From contig JAYGCN010000033.1 in NCBI GenBank assembly GCA_046583315.1, positions 1 through 27,226 of the forward strand: DNA of 27,226 nucleotides, given 5' to 3'. The position numbers and the translations under genes are program-made. Under the pieces are notes generated by a model. It searched no databases. It was not told the origin of the DNA and saw only the letters and a list, made by a program, of their open reading frames with translations. This DNA comes from Candidatus Hydrogenedentota bacterium. GTDB lineage: Bacteria; Hydrogenedentota; Hydrogenedentia; Hydrogenedentales; GCA-2746185. Positions 9,654 through 18,147 of this stretch are shown here, in pieces (the first letter of the stretch is position 1; every line of letters starts with the position of its first letter).

Positions 9654-11857
9654 CCCTTATAATCCAGCACGGTGCGCGACTTGATGTGGTCCTTCAATTC
9701 CTCGGGAGTCCACCAGCTCGGTTTCAGTTCGCGTTTCGAGAAGGCTTTCTCCGCCTGATCCGAGTAATGTGGCGACTCCGGGTCGTCGCTGTTGCCAAGC
9801 GGAATATAGATCCAGCTCTTGATGGGTTTGCTCAACTCCACAATTTGCGTCGAGGTCTGACCACCACGTCCCCACTGCGTATAATCCGCCTTCGGTTGGG
9901 TGTAACTCACACTGCGAAGCGTCCGTGATTCATACAAACTCCCCCCGCTCACCGGCCAGGAATGTTCTCCGCGTCCCACACGAAAATGCTCGCCAAATGT
10001 CGTATCAATCGATCCGTGATGCAGTCGAAGCCGCTTCATCGCCCGACTGAAGGTAAATACCATCGCCTCGGCCGAGACATCCAAATTTGGTAAATCTTTT
10101 GGTGCACGCCCTTCGATGATGTGCATCCAGTCATCAATCGAGTTGTAGAATTCCGTCTGTTCCGCCTTGGGTACATCCTTTGCTATCTGTTCACGCCAAT
10201 AATAATATTTCAACGCGGCACTTGAGGCGCGGTGAAGTTCGCCATCCCATTCCCAGATGCCCAGGATGCCCGCCTGATACGCAACATCATTGTTTAACGG
10301 GTCCTTTTGTCCCAGTATTTCATGACTTCGACGCAATACTTCCAGCCACCGCTCCGCGTGATACGGACGGATATCATTAATAATCGCCTTCGCTTCATCC
10401 ACCGTCACGCTGTCATCCGAGGACAACATCTGCACCGCGCGCGCACCACGCTGATTCGTCCATCCATTGATCGCATCGCCGAATCGTCGGTAGGTGTAGC
10501 CCGGCCCGCTGAAAATGTAATGCGGATAGTCGTCAAACTGAAACGGACTGTTCGGCATCATCACATCCGGCGGAATATTGCAATTCTGCATCCAACCGTG
10601 CGGAGGATTCAGCACTTGCAAAAGGTCCGATGCCGGATGGATCCCTTTCCACTCAGATTTACTCGTCGATCCATCCACCGGAACCGTAAAGTCGAATTCC
10701 TCAGGACGTACCGGCACACGACCCGTGCGCTGAAAATAGGTATTGCCCGACGTATCCGCCACCATGACATTCTGCGGAAACACACTCAACGTATCCATCG
10801 CGCGCACCGCACCCGTGTAATCCTTCGCATAATTCAGCTCATACCACGCGCCCGACGTGTCCACCATGTCCGCATACGCCATCGCGGCGGCGTAGGCCTT
10901 CCCATCCCGCATCGCAATGATGGGTCCGTGATGCGAAAACCAAAGCGTGTGCTTCTGCTCACCCACACCACGCACCTGCAACGTCACTTCCTTCGAAGTC
11001 ATATCCTTCCACGCGCCATCATATTCATACTTCGTAGGGTCATCCTTCTTCAGCGTCAACGCATACACATCCGCCGTGTCCGGACCACCCGTCGTCATCG
11101 CCCACGCCAGGTCAGCATTATGTCCCAGCCCGATATACGGCGAACCCGGCAAGGTCACGCCACTCGCATGCAAATCGCCTGCATGAATTCGGACTTCCCA
11201 GAACCGCGAAAATCCGGACCACGACAGATGCGGATCAATGGCCAAAATCGCATTACCCGTTGCCGACCGTTCCGGCGAAATCGCGAACTGATTCGAGCCG
11301 CGCGATACCTTGTCATAGCCTTCCTCGATTCCACCGCGCTCCAGATCTTCGTACGCCTCGTCAATCGACCAGTTGTATAAAAACAATCGGCCGAAAGCGA
11401 TCAGCATATATTCATCCACCTCGCGACCCTGCCAATACACCGGGGCCTTCTCGGGATTCGTTGCGTAAAAATGATTGATGCCATCGCGAAATGCGCGAAG
11501 ATGCCCCTGCACCACAGGCTTAATCGTGTCGAAGTTCCGCTTCGATACGCCATAATGATCAAACATGTACGAGCGCAGATCATTATCCACCGCACCCGGT
11601 CCCGCCACCGCCGAAAGCTGCCCAATCCCGGCAAGAATATTCAAGATCAATTGCTCAGGCCGATCCTGCGCCACCGCATAGCCCTGCGCGAACAACCCCG
11701 CCTCATCCGTCGGCGCATAAATATGCGGTATGCCCCACGTATCGCGGTAAATAACCGTCTTGCCCTTGTCCTTACCCGTGCCCGGAAAATCCGCAGCATG
11801 AACAGAAGACGCACCGAACAACAACCCGATAACAATCACGGAAAACCGAATATTCAT
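9650..11857 (-). CDS. Penicillin acylase family (S45 Ntn-hydrolase), secreted
   Basis: Signal peptide ending ...SVHA, IYRDTWGIPHIYA, GYAVAQDR, beta-subunit start GSNQFAI, DPHL, QNCN, GNSDDPESPHYSDQA. ATG 11857 with upstream GAGGG. Confidence 0.93.
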   Translation of the reverse strand: MNIRFSVIVIGLLFGASSVHAADFPGTGKDKGKTVIYRDTWGIPHIYAPTDEAGLFAQGYAVAQDRPEQLILNILAGIGQLSAVAGPGAVDNDLRSYMFDHYGVSKRNFDTIKPVVQGHLRAFRDGINHFYATNPEKAPVYWQGREVDEYMLIAFGRLFLYNWSIDEAYEDLERGGIEEGYDKVSRGSNQFAISPERSATGNAILAIDPHLSWSGFSRFWEVRIHAGDLHASGVTLPGSPYIGLGHNADLAWAMTTGGPDTADVYALTLKKDDPTKYEYDGAWKDMTSKEVTLQVRGVGEQKHTLWFSHHGPIIAMRDGKAYAAAMAYADMVDTSGAWYELNYAKDYTGAVRAMDTLSVFPQNVMVADTSGNTYFQRTGRVPVRPEEFDFTVPVDGSTSKSEWKGIHPASDLLQVLNPPHGWMQNCNIPPDVMMPNSPFQFDDYPHYIFSGPGYTYRRFGDAINGWTNQRGARAVQMLSSDDSVTVDEAKAIINDIRPYHAERWLEVLRRSHEILGQKDPLNNDVAYQAGILGIWEWDGELHRASSAALKYYYWREQIAKDVPKAEQTEFYNSIDDWMHIIEGRAPKDLPNLDVSAEAMVFTFSRAMKRLRLHHGSIDTTFGEHFRVGRGEHSWPVSGGSLYESRTLRSVSYTQPKADYTQWGRGGQTSTQIVELSKPIKSWIYIPLGNSDDPESPHYSDQAEKAFSKRELKPSWWTPEELKDHIKSRTVLDYKG

Positions 11858-11892
11858 AACCCTGCCCTCACCTGAATAGCAAACCAATCAAC

Positions 11893-11921
11893 AGGATAAC
11901 ACCCAAACCCGGCACTGTCCA
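11893..11921 (-). promoter_or_regulatory. Putative sigma70 promoter for the acylase
   Basis: Minus strand TGGACA, 17 nt, TATCCT, with an extended -10 TG. Confidence 0.55.
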
Positions 11922-11931
11922 ATCCAAGTCG

Positions 11932-13278
11932 CTACTCAAAATCGATTGATTCGAAAACAATGACACGTCCGGCACCACTATCGGTCATAAAGCTGAAGCT
12001 GAGGCGCTTGCAGGTCCCCTCGTATCCTTCCAACCCCTTCAGATTCACGGTGTAGTCCCGCATACGCCAATCTGACACGATCGGAAAGTCTACCGATCCG
12101 CCAGAACCATCCCCGAATCCTTCCCACTGCAACGTTGCTATTGTTGTGCCCGTATTGAACGCCGCGCGAATGCAGATCGCGTCCACCTCGGATGCCTCCC
12201 AGAAAGAATCAGGCCCGATCAGTTGCGGGTTCATTCCGTTCGGGTATATACTCCAGAATCCGTTCCGTGACCAGTCCTCTTCGCAATCCTCCACGACCCA
12301 ACTCTGGCGTTTGCTGAGTCCGCTGAGAAAGGTATAGCTGGGCGGCTTTCGATCAGAAGCCAGTTCATATACCGTGTTCCTGATTCCGCCCAACGTATCC
12401 ACAATCAACGTGTAGGTATACCGGTACATGAGATTATGATCGAGTATTTCACGGCGCGTCGGAGCGATATATCCGGTCGGTGCATCCTTGGGACCGCTCG
12501 AGCCCGGCTTTCCCGCGAACCCTCCCACAAAGGAATACGTGCCCGGCGAATAAATACCCAAGCCAAAGTTATCGTCGTTTACCAGGGCTGCCCAATTCTC
12601 CGTCGCATACCAATGATCCCAGGGGCCGCCCTCCATTTCTTGAGGTGACTTACTGCTGTCCCACACCTTCGTGATTCGTCGTAACGATTCACCCTCAAAC
12701 GGTTCCTCACCATCGTAGCTAAACAACCGATAGTACGATCCGTTTGTGTACACCGCTGGCAACTCCTGACCCCGTGTGGCGTACACTGTTTTGTCACTGC
12801 GTTTATTAAAAAGCGTTGACTGCACCTGCACCGTGTTTCCCTCAAGCCTGACGATGACCACAAATCGGCACTCGGCCGCCTCATTGTCCAAGGGCCAGTG
12901 CATCGGGGTACATTCCGCGAAGATTTTCTTCCCATCGTTCTCGTGGTCCGTGACGCGAGACGGATTGCCGTAGGTGTCGCCGGACTGAATCGGATTCCAG
13001 CCCAGAAATTTCCAGTGCTCCTTTGGCTTCTTACCGTTGGGTTCAAAAGGTATCGGCCCGGAATAGAACGACATCTGAATCTGCCGTCCCCAGTCGTGGC
13101 TGTTCACGATATTCTCGTCGCTGCCGGACTTGGAGAGCCATGTAATCGCGCCGCCGATGTCCAGATTCACTCCGACACGAATTTCGCCGTTGTCCAGATA
13201 ACTCATGCCGGAGAAGTCGGGTTCGACAGCGTGAGTCGTCACGCAAAGAAGAAACAGATAAAGAGTTAAATACCGCAC
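11932..13278 (-). CDS. Secreted uncharacterised protein, possibly carbohydrate-active (448 aa)
   Basis: Signal peptide MRYLTLYLFLLCVTTHA. The aromatic/Gly-rich N-domain (LDNGEIRVGVNLDIGGAITWL, NSHDWGRQIQMSFYSG, WNPIQSGD, QELPAVY, ATENWAA) is followed by a beta-rich C-domain. It starts 4 nt after the GH84 stop. Confidence 0.8.
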   Translation of the reverse strand: MRYLTLYLFLLCVTTHAVEPDFSGMSYLDNGEIRVGVNLDIGGAITWLSKSGSDENIVNSHDWGRQIQMSFYSGPIPFEPNGKKPKEHWKFLGWNPIQSGDTYGNPSRVTDHENDGKKIFAECTPMHWPLDNEAAECRFVVIVRLEGNTVQVQSTLFNKRSDKTVYATRGQELPAVYTNGSYYRLFSYDGEEPFEGESLRRITKVWDSSKSPQEMEGGPWDHWYATENWAALVNDDNFGLGIYSPGTYSFVGGFAGKPGSSGPKDAPTGYIAPTRREILDHNLMYRYTYTLIVDTLGGIRNTVYELASDRKPPSYTFLSGLSKRQSWVVEDCEEDWSRNGFWSIYPNGMNPQLIGPDSFWEASEVDAICIRAAFNTGTTIATLQWEGFGDGSGGSVDFPIVSDWRMRDYTVNLKGLEGYEGTCKRLSFSFMTDSGAGRVIVFESIDFE

Positions 13279-13282
13279 CGTG

Positions 13283-14623
13283 TCACCTCGGATTCAGTAC
13301 ATCGTCTTTGGTCATATAAAAGAAACTCTGCAGGTGATCGGACATCGCGCCCCGATACGTCGCAGAATGATGATAGACCGAACGGCAATCGCCTTCGGCC
13401 CCCTTCGATTTCCACTCCAGAATCTGAGCGACCAACCCAAACTCCTTGCGCAACATCCACACCGGGCCGTACAACGCGTAGAGTAGTTCGCGATTCGAAA
13501 TATTATTGAGCTCATCCAGCACGTGGCTCGATTGCTGGACGATGCTCTGAAACTCGGCATACCGATCGCCCCAATCGGACACGTCGTTCGCGAACAGAAA
13601 GCCGATCAATTCCAGAAACGCCCTCGCCGTCGCACCGTGTTCGTAGGGGAGATAAAAACAGTCGGTCAGCAACGTAATATCGAGTTCATCTGCATCCGCC
13701 GAGGTAAATCCGTGTCGCGCCTTGAAGCCTTGTAACAGTTCCAGGTAGTCCGCACGTGCATCCCACTCGTCTTCCGCGGCAAGATAATGTCCCAGCGAAT
13801 AAATCGGAATGTAGTTCAACTCAAACTCACAATTCGGGTTCGTGAGGATACCCAGCACTTCGTCTCGCAACTCAAGTGGACGCCCTGCGAACGGTCCGGC
13901 AAAATACCGGCGATTGTCGTAATCATTCGCGTGGATATTGTCCCAGATTACCGGTTTACGCTGGATGACCGTCGCGAGTTCCCGAATTGATTCAACCGAA
14001 ATCGTCTCGCTTAGCACATCCGGGCCTGTCCAGACGAACCCGATGTCCGAATGCAACGCGCCGCCCAATTCGTTCAAATATGCATCACCCGGAACATCCG
14101 GCACAGCCATGCGTCCACAATAGGTCGTCGGGCAAAAGAGCAGCGTGACCCCTTCAACGTTTGCCTTGAGATGCTCGAACATAAAATTCGACACAACTGC
14201 CTGTGCTTGGGCGAAAGAAGAGAACTGTTTCGCATCGTCCTCACAAAGAGACTCCGGAATATCATCAAACAATATCGCGAATTCGGTACATCCGAGACCA
14301 ACAATCTGATCCACTTTCGCGACCAGTTTCGCCCGGTCGTCGTCGGACGCATACTGGATATCCAATCCAGGTGCGATCGAATATACAAAACGAATACCCT
14401 TCGACCGCGTGAGCGTAATCACATCCCGCAACGCATCCGCCTCAGCATCAGCATACAACTCCCGCCAACGCCCCCGATGCAACAAATCATCCTTCGGTGC
14501 ATACATATACGTCGACAACGTCCCAGAATCATTCATCCACCCGAACAACTCCGAACGCTCCACAGCCGTCCAAGGACGACCATAAAACCCCTCAACAACC
14601 CCAAACCAAGTCGTCTCTGACAT
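13283..14623 (-). CDS. GH84 beta-N-acetylglucosaminidase (O-GlcNAcase-like), cytoplasmic, 446 aa
   Basis: GVVEGFYGRPW, YMYAPKDD, catalytic ILFDDI, CPTTYC, WTGPDV, IWDNIHANDYD, TNPNCEFE, FYLPYEHG. ATG 14623 with RBS AAGG; no signal peptide. Confidence 0.95.
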   Translation of the reverse strand: MSETTWFGVVEGFYGRPWTAVERSELFGWMNDSGTLSTYMYAPKDDLLHRGRWRELYADAEADALRDVITLTRSKGIRFVYSIAPGLDIQYASDDDRAKLVAKVDQIVGLGCTEFAILFDDIPESLCEDDAKQFSSFAQAQAVVSNFMFEHLKANVEGVTLLFCPTTYCGRMAVPDVPGDAYLNELGGALHSDIGFVWTGPDVLSETISVESIRELATVIQRKPVIWDNIHANDYDNRRYFAGPFAGRPLELRDEVLGILTNPNCEFELNYIPIYSLGHYLAAEDEWDARADYLELLQGFKARHGFTSADADELDITLLTDCFYLPYEHGATARAFLELIGFLFANDVSDWGDRYAEFQSIVQQSSHVLDELNNISNRELLYALYGPVWMLRKEFGLVAQILEWKSKGAEGDCRSVYHHSATYRGAMSDHLQSFFYMTKDDVLNPR

Positions 14624-14696
14624 TAAACACCTTTCCAATGGACAAACTGCACAGCGCAGCGTATCGGTTCTTTTTGGCGATTTACCATCCGGCAGG

Positions 14697-14722
14697 ACCT
14701 TTTTCTTTCCCAAGAAAAAGGT
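14697..14722 (-). other. Intercistronic stem-loop
   Basis: Perfect 11-bp inverted repeat ACCTTTTTCTT / AAGAAAAAGGT with a GGGA loop on the coding (minus) strand, 3 nt after the permease stop codon. Confidence 0.7.
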
Positions 14723-14725
14723 AGG

Positions 14726-15640
14726 TTAGCCCTTCAACGCCCCCGTCGTAATCCCCTTCGTCAACTGCCGCTGTAGCAACATATACACAATCAACGTCGG
14801 CACAATAATAATCACCAGACCGGCAAACAACAACCCAAAATCCGTCTTGTACTGCGCCTGAATCGACACCGAAGCCAGTCCAAGCGGCAACGTTTTCTTC
14901 TCCGGCGTATTCACAAAAATCAACGCGAATAAATATTCGTTCCACAATCCGATAAAGTTAAAAATCGCCGCCGTAACCAATCCCGGACGCGCCAGCGGCA
15001 GCATAATTCGCCAAAACACCGTCGACTCGCTCGCCCCGTCCAGAATCGCCGACTCCCGCAACGCACCGGGCAACGAACGGAAAAAGCCTGTCAAAATCAG
15101 AATCGTGAACGGCAGACTAAACGCGACGTAAATCAAAATCAACCCAGTTAACGAATTATGCAGTTGCACCTCATAGCCGAAAGGCCGCGTGAACCACGAA
15201 AGCGGATCCGACATCGTGGAGAACTGAAAGAACAGTGGCACCAGAATCAGCTGCGCCGGAATCATCATGCCGCTGATGAAATAAAGGTAGATGACCCTAT
15301 TTCCGCGCACCGGAATTTTCGCGAGGGAATACGCGGCCATCGAACCGAAGAGAAGTATGCCCACCAGCGATATCGAAACCACGATCACGCTGTTCATGAA
15401 AAACTGGCTAAAATTCGACTCCAGCCACGCGCTCTCAAAGTTCGCCTGCATGGATTCCTGCGGCGTCGGCTGATCCGGCACATCCGCATACGGCGAACCC
15501 GTCATCAACCACGGCAAGCCCAGGGGATTCTCAAAAATCTCCTGCGAACTGCGCACCGAGTTGTACCCCACCCACAGCAGCGGAAAAGAAACGGCAATCA
15601 ACCAGAATCCCAGCAATCCGTATGTCAGCGTCTTGCGCAT
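14726..15640 (-). CDS. Carbohydrate ABC transporter permease (MalG/NgcG-like)
   Basis: FMNSVIV, AAYSLAK, EAA-loop LRESAILDGASE, IMLPLARPG, WNEYLFA, TLPLGL, GITTGALKG. Confidence 0.95.
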   Translation of the reverse strand: MRKTLTYGLLGFWLIAVSFPLLWVGYNSVRSSQEIFENPLGLPWLMTGSPYADVPDQPTPQESMQANFESAWLESNFSQFFMNSVIVVSISLVGILLFGSMAAYSLAKIPVRGNRVIYLYFISGMMIPAQLILVPLFFQFSTMSDPLSWFTRPFGYEVQLHNSLTGLILIYVAFSLPFTILILTGFFRSLPGALRESAILDGASESTVFWRIMLPLARPGLVTAAIFNFIGLWNEYLFALIFVNTPEKKTLPLGLASVSIQAQYKTDFGLLFAGLVIIIVPTLIVYMLLQRQLTKGITTGALKG

Positions 15641-15642
15641 TG

Positions 15643-16539
15643 TTAATACTCCAACGCGTCTTTGCGCGAGAATCGTAGGGTAATCAGCGTCGCCACAAAC
15701 ACCATTGCAAACAACACGACGCCCACCGCCGCCGCGTAGCCGACGTTATACTCGGTGAATACCTTCTGGTACAGCACCGTCGCCAATACATGCGAATCCT
15801 GATTGGGCACCTGACTTTCGATGACCCAGACCGCATCGAAAAATTTCGCGGAGCTGATGATAAAAAATACGACGCCCACCACGAAGACCTCGCGTATCAG
15901 CGGCATGGTGATATGCCAGAACTGGTGCGTATTCGATGCCCCCTCCAGTGTCGCCGCCTCGTAAAACTCCTCGGGAATACTCTGCATTGCCGCCAGAAAC
16001 AGCACCATGTAAAATCCCGTCGCGGTCCACACCAGCATTGGCACCAGTGACCAGATCAAATATTTGGAATCCGTAAACGCAAAAGGGAACGGACCGTCTT
16101 CAATGCCGAACAAATCTTGCAACCCGCCCAGCACGCCGTTAATCACGCCGAATTCAGTCGTGCTGTACATCAGCGACCACAGCATCGCCACCGCCACCGC
16201 GGCGATGATATTCGGAAAGAAAAACGCGATGCGAAACAATCCCGCACCGCGAATCCCGCGATGAATCAGCGACGCAAAGGTCAACGCAACAGCCAGCGTA
16301 ATCGTGCCCCCGCCAATCATCAAAATCAGATTATTCTTCAACGCCTCAATAAACAACGTATCCGCAAACAACGCCCGAAAATTCGCGTCCCCCACCCACT
16401 CCGCGTCACCCAACCCGTCCCACTTCTGCAAACTGTAAATCAGCGCCCGCACACCCGGTATCGCCGCGAACACCGTAAACAAAATGAACGCGGGAAGCAG
16501 GAACAGGATTCGCATGCGTTTTAGTTCGGTGGTATTCAT
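15643..16539 (-). CDS. Carbohydrate ABC transporter permease (MalF/NgcF-like)
   Basis: FLLPA, FRIAFFFPNI, TGFYMVLFLAAMQSIP, EAA-loop YEAATLEGAS, ITMPL, GYAAAVGV. Confidence 0.95.
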   Translation of the reverse strand: MNTTELKRMRILFLLPAFILFTVFAAIPGVRALIYSLQKWDGLGDAEWVGDANFRALFADTLFIEALKNNLILMIGGGTITLAVALTFASLIHRGIRGAGLFRIAFFFPNIIAAVAVAMLWSLMYSTTEFGVINGVLGGLQDLFGIEDGPFPFAFTDSKYLIWSLVPMLVWTATGFYMVLFLAAMQSIPEEFYEAATLEGASNTHQFWHITMPLIREVFVVGVVFFIISSAKFFDAVWVIESQVPNQDSHVLATVLYQKVFTEYNVGYAAAVGVVLFAMVFVATLITLRFSRKDALEY

Positions 16540-17906
16540 TCCCCCTCCCCAAACGCCGTTGGATCATACGCCACATGCGCGGGGATTTTCAGGTCGCTCG
16601 TCTCAACCGCCTGCACGATGCCTTCATCCAGCAGACGACAAAACTCCTCCGGCGTCAATTCACCGCGACACAGCCCCTGAATCGCCGAATTCATGACTTG
16701 TGCACGCCATGCCGGGAACAACATCGTCGCCCGAACGTTGAAAATCCCGTCCGCCGCATCAATAATTTCCAGCGCCGACTGCGAAGCCTTCGTCACACTC
16801 GCGGCAGGAGTCGCCTTGGCCAACGGCGAAATCACGCCAATACTCTCCGCCATGTCCGGCGCACGTTTTCGGGACACCAGATACCGCGCAAACTCAAAGG
16901 CAATGTCCGGATACCGCGCGTCCCGTGGCACAAACAAAAACTCCATGCCCTGCCCATGCACCATCTTCGGATTACCCTTCCAACCCGGATTCGTCGGCAA
17001 ATCAAAAGTACCCAATTCAAAGTCCGGCGGAATATTCGCCTTCATTTCATTTTCCAGCCACAGCCCACAAAAAATCATCGCCGCCTTACCCGTCACAAAC
17101 TGCAACTGACTCTCCGTGTGCGTCATCGCCATTGCACCCTTCTGGAAATGATTCACCACCAGCTCCTGAAACAGCCGCGCGGCTTTAATCACATCCGTGT
17201 GTCGATAGGCATCTGGCTCTAGCGCATTGATGCGGTTAATCGCTTCCAATCCACCCACCCGCTGCACCATCGCGATAAAGGTATTCCATCCATACAAAAT
17301 CGCGTACTTGCCCTGCAACGCGATGGGATCAATATCCGTTTTTTCTATTTCCCTACACAAGGCCAGAAAGTCATCCCAACTCTTCGGCGCTTCCCACCCA
17401 TTGTCCCGAAACATCTTCTTGTCATACCAACACGTCCACGATCCATACGCCGCCGGAATCGCATAGACCTCCCCGTCGCTCGTGAACATATCCAACATGC
17501 CCGTCGCAAATTCATCGCCCCACGGCACCTCCGAATCCGGCAAGGGTTCACGCAACGCTTGCGTAAACGGCGTCAACTTGTCCGCACCTATCAACAGCCA
17601 CAGCGGCAGCCGCTCATCCAGAATCAGATCCGGTGGATCGCCCCGAAGCAGTCTCGGTTTGATGATATCCGCAGTCCTCGGATCGCCCCAAAGTTCAATC
17701 CGGATATTCCGATCCGCATGTTCTTCATTGAATTCCGCCGCGATTTTCGAGTGCCAGCCGATTCCATAGCCCCCCTCAAAAATGGCCACTTCCACCACTT
17801 TTTCGCGGTTTTCAGCACCCGGAACAGGGCGAACGGCATCAGACACAGCAATCAGAAGTACAATAAACACTACAAAAAAGGCGATTTTGGGCAGAAGATT
17901 ACGCAT
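16536..17906 (-). CDS. Sugar ABC transporter solute-binding protein (NgcE-like, GlcNAc/chitobiose class)
   Basis: N-terminal hydrophobic anchor without a lipobox Cys. Motifs VAIFEGGYG, GDPPDL, WYDKKMF...GWEAPKSWDDF, THTESQ, GKAAMIFCGLWLENEMK resemble NgcE-type binding proteins. The start is uncertain; ATG 17906 was chosen. Confidence 0.88.
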   Translation of the reverse strand: MRNLLPKIAFFVVFIVLLIAVSDAVRPVPGAENREKVVEVAIFEGGYGIGWHSKIAAEFNEEHADRNIRIELWGDPRTADIIKPRLLRGDPPDLILDERLPLWLLIGADKLTPFTQALREPLPDSEVPWGDEFATGMLDMFTSDGEVYAIPAAYGSWTCWYDKKMFRDNGWEAPKSWDDFLALCREIEKTDIDPIALQGKYAILYGWNTFIAMVQRVGGLEAINRINALEPDAYRHTDVIKAARLFQELVVNHFQKGAMAMTHTESQLQFVTGKAAMIFCGLWLENEMKANIPPDFELGTFDLPTNPGWKGNPKMVHGQGMEFLFVPRDARYPDIAFEFARYLVSRKRAPDMAESIGVISPLAKATPAASVTKASQSALEIIDAADGIFNVRATMLFPAWRAQVMNSAIQGLCRGELTPEEFCRLLDEGIVQAVETSDLKIPAHVAYDPTAFGEGE

Positions 17907-17915
17907 TATGCGTTC

Positions 17916-17945
17916 ATTGTAAACAGACTCACCACACGTACACAA
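17916..17945 (-). promoter_or_regulatory. Putative sigma70 promoter of the ABC/GH84 cluster
   Basis: Minus strand TTGTGT, 18 nt, TACAAT, ending 9 nt before ATG 17906. Confidence 0.45.
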
Positions 17946-17979
17946 ACGCAATACGATAGAGGGCTTCCGGGGTATACAA

Positions 17980-18009
17980 TTGACAGTTTATGCGTGATTA
18001 TGGTAATTT
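17980..18009 (+). promoter_or_regulatory. Putative sigma70 promoter for the TPR protein
   Basis: Consensus TTGACA (17980-17985), 18 nt, TAATTT with an extended TG. Confidence 0.6.
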
Positions 18010-18147
18010 TTAGAGTGTTAGAGTGCAGTCTAACTGAATCGTATCCGAATCAGGGTAGGCGATTGGACGCATCAAACCATCCAAAGATATCGGTCGATCC
18101 CCATCGGACCGGACGAAAATAACAGCGCGAACAAATTAGGAACTTCG

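Noticed and set aside
10307..11380. Long antisense or alternate-frame ORFs (also 18136..19458, 22458..23384, 3584..4348, 24515..25285)
   Set aside because: They are shadows of well-supported genes, with no motifs; such ORFs are expected in GC-rich, codon-biased DNA.
14624..14713. Upstream TTG start for GH84 (476-aa ORF)
   Set aside because: It begins inside the hairpin without an RBS. ATG 14623 has an RBS and directly precedes the first conserved motif.
18001..18030. CIRCE (HrcA) element suggested by GAGTGTTA/GAGTGC
   Set aside because: There is no TTAGCACTC left arm at the 9-nt spacing and no chaperone gene downstream.
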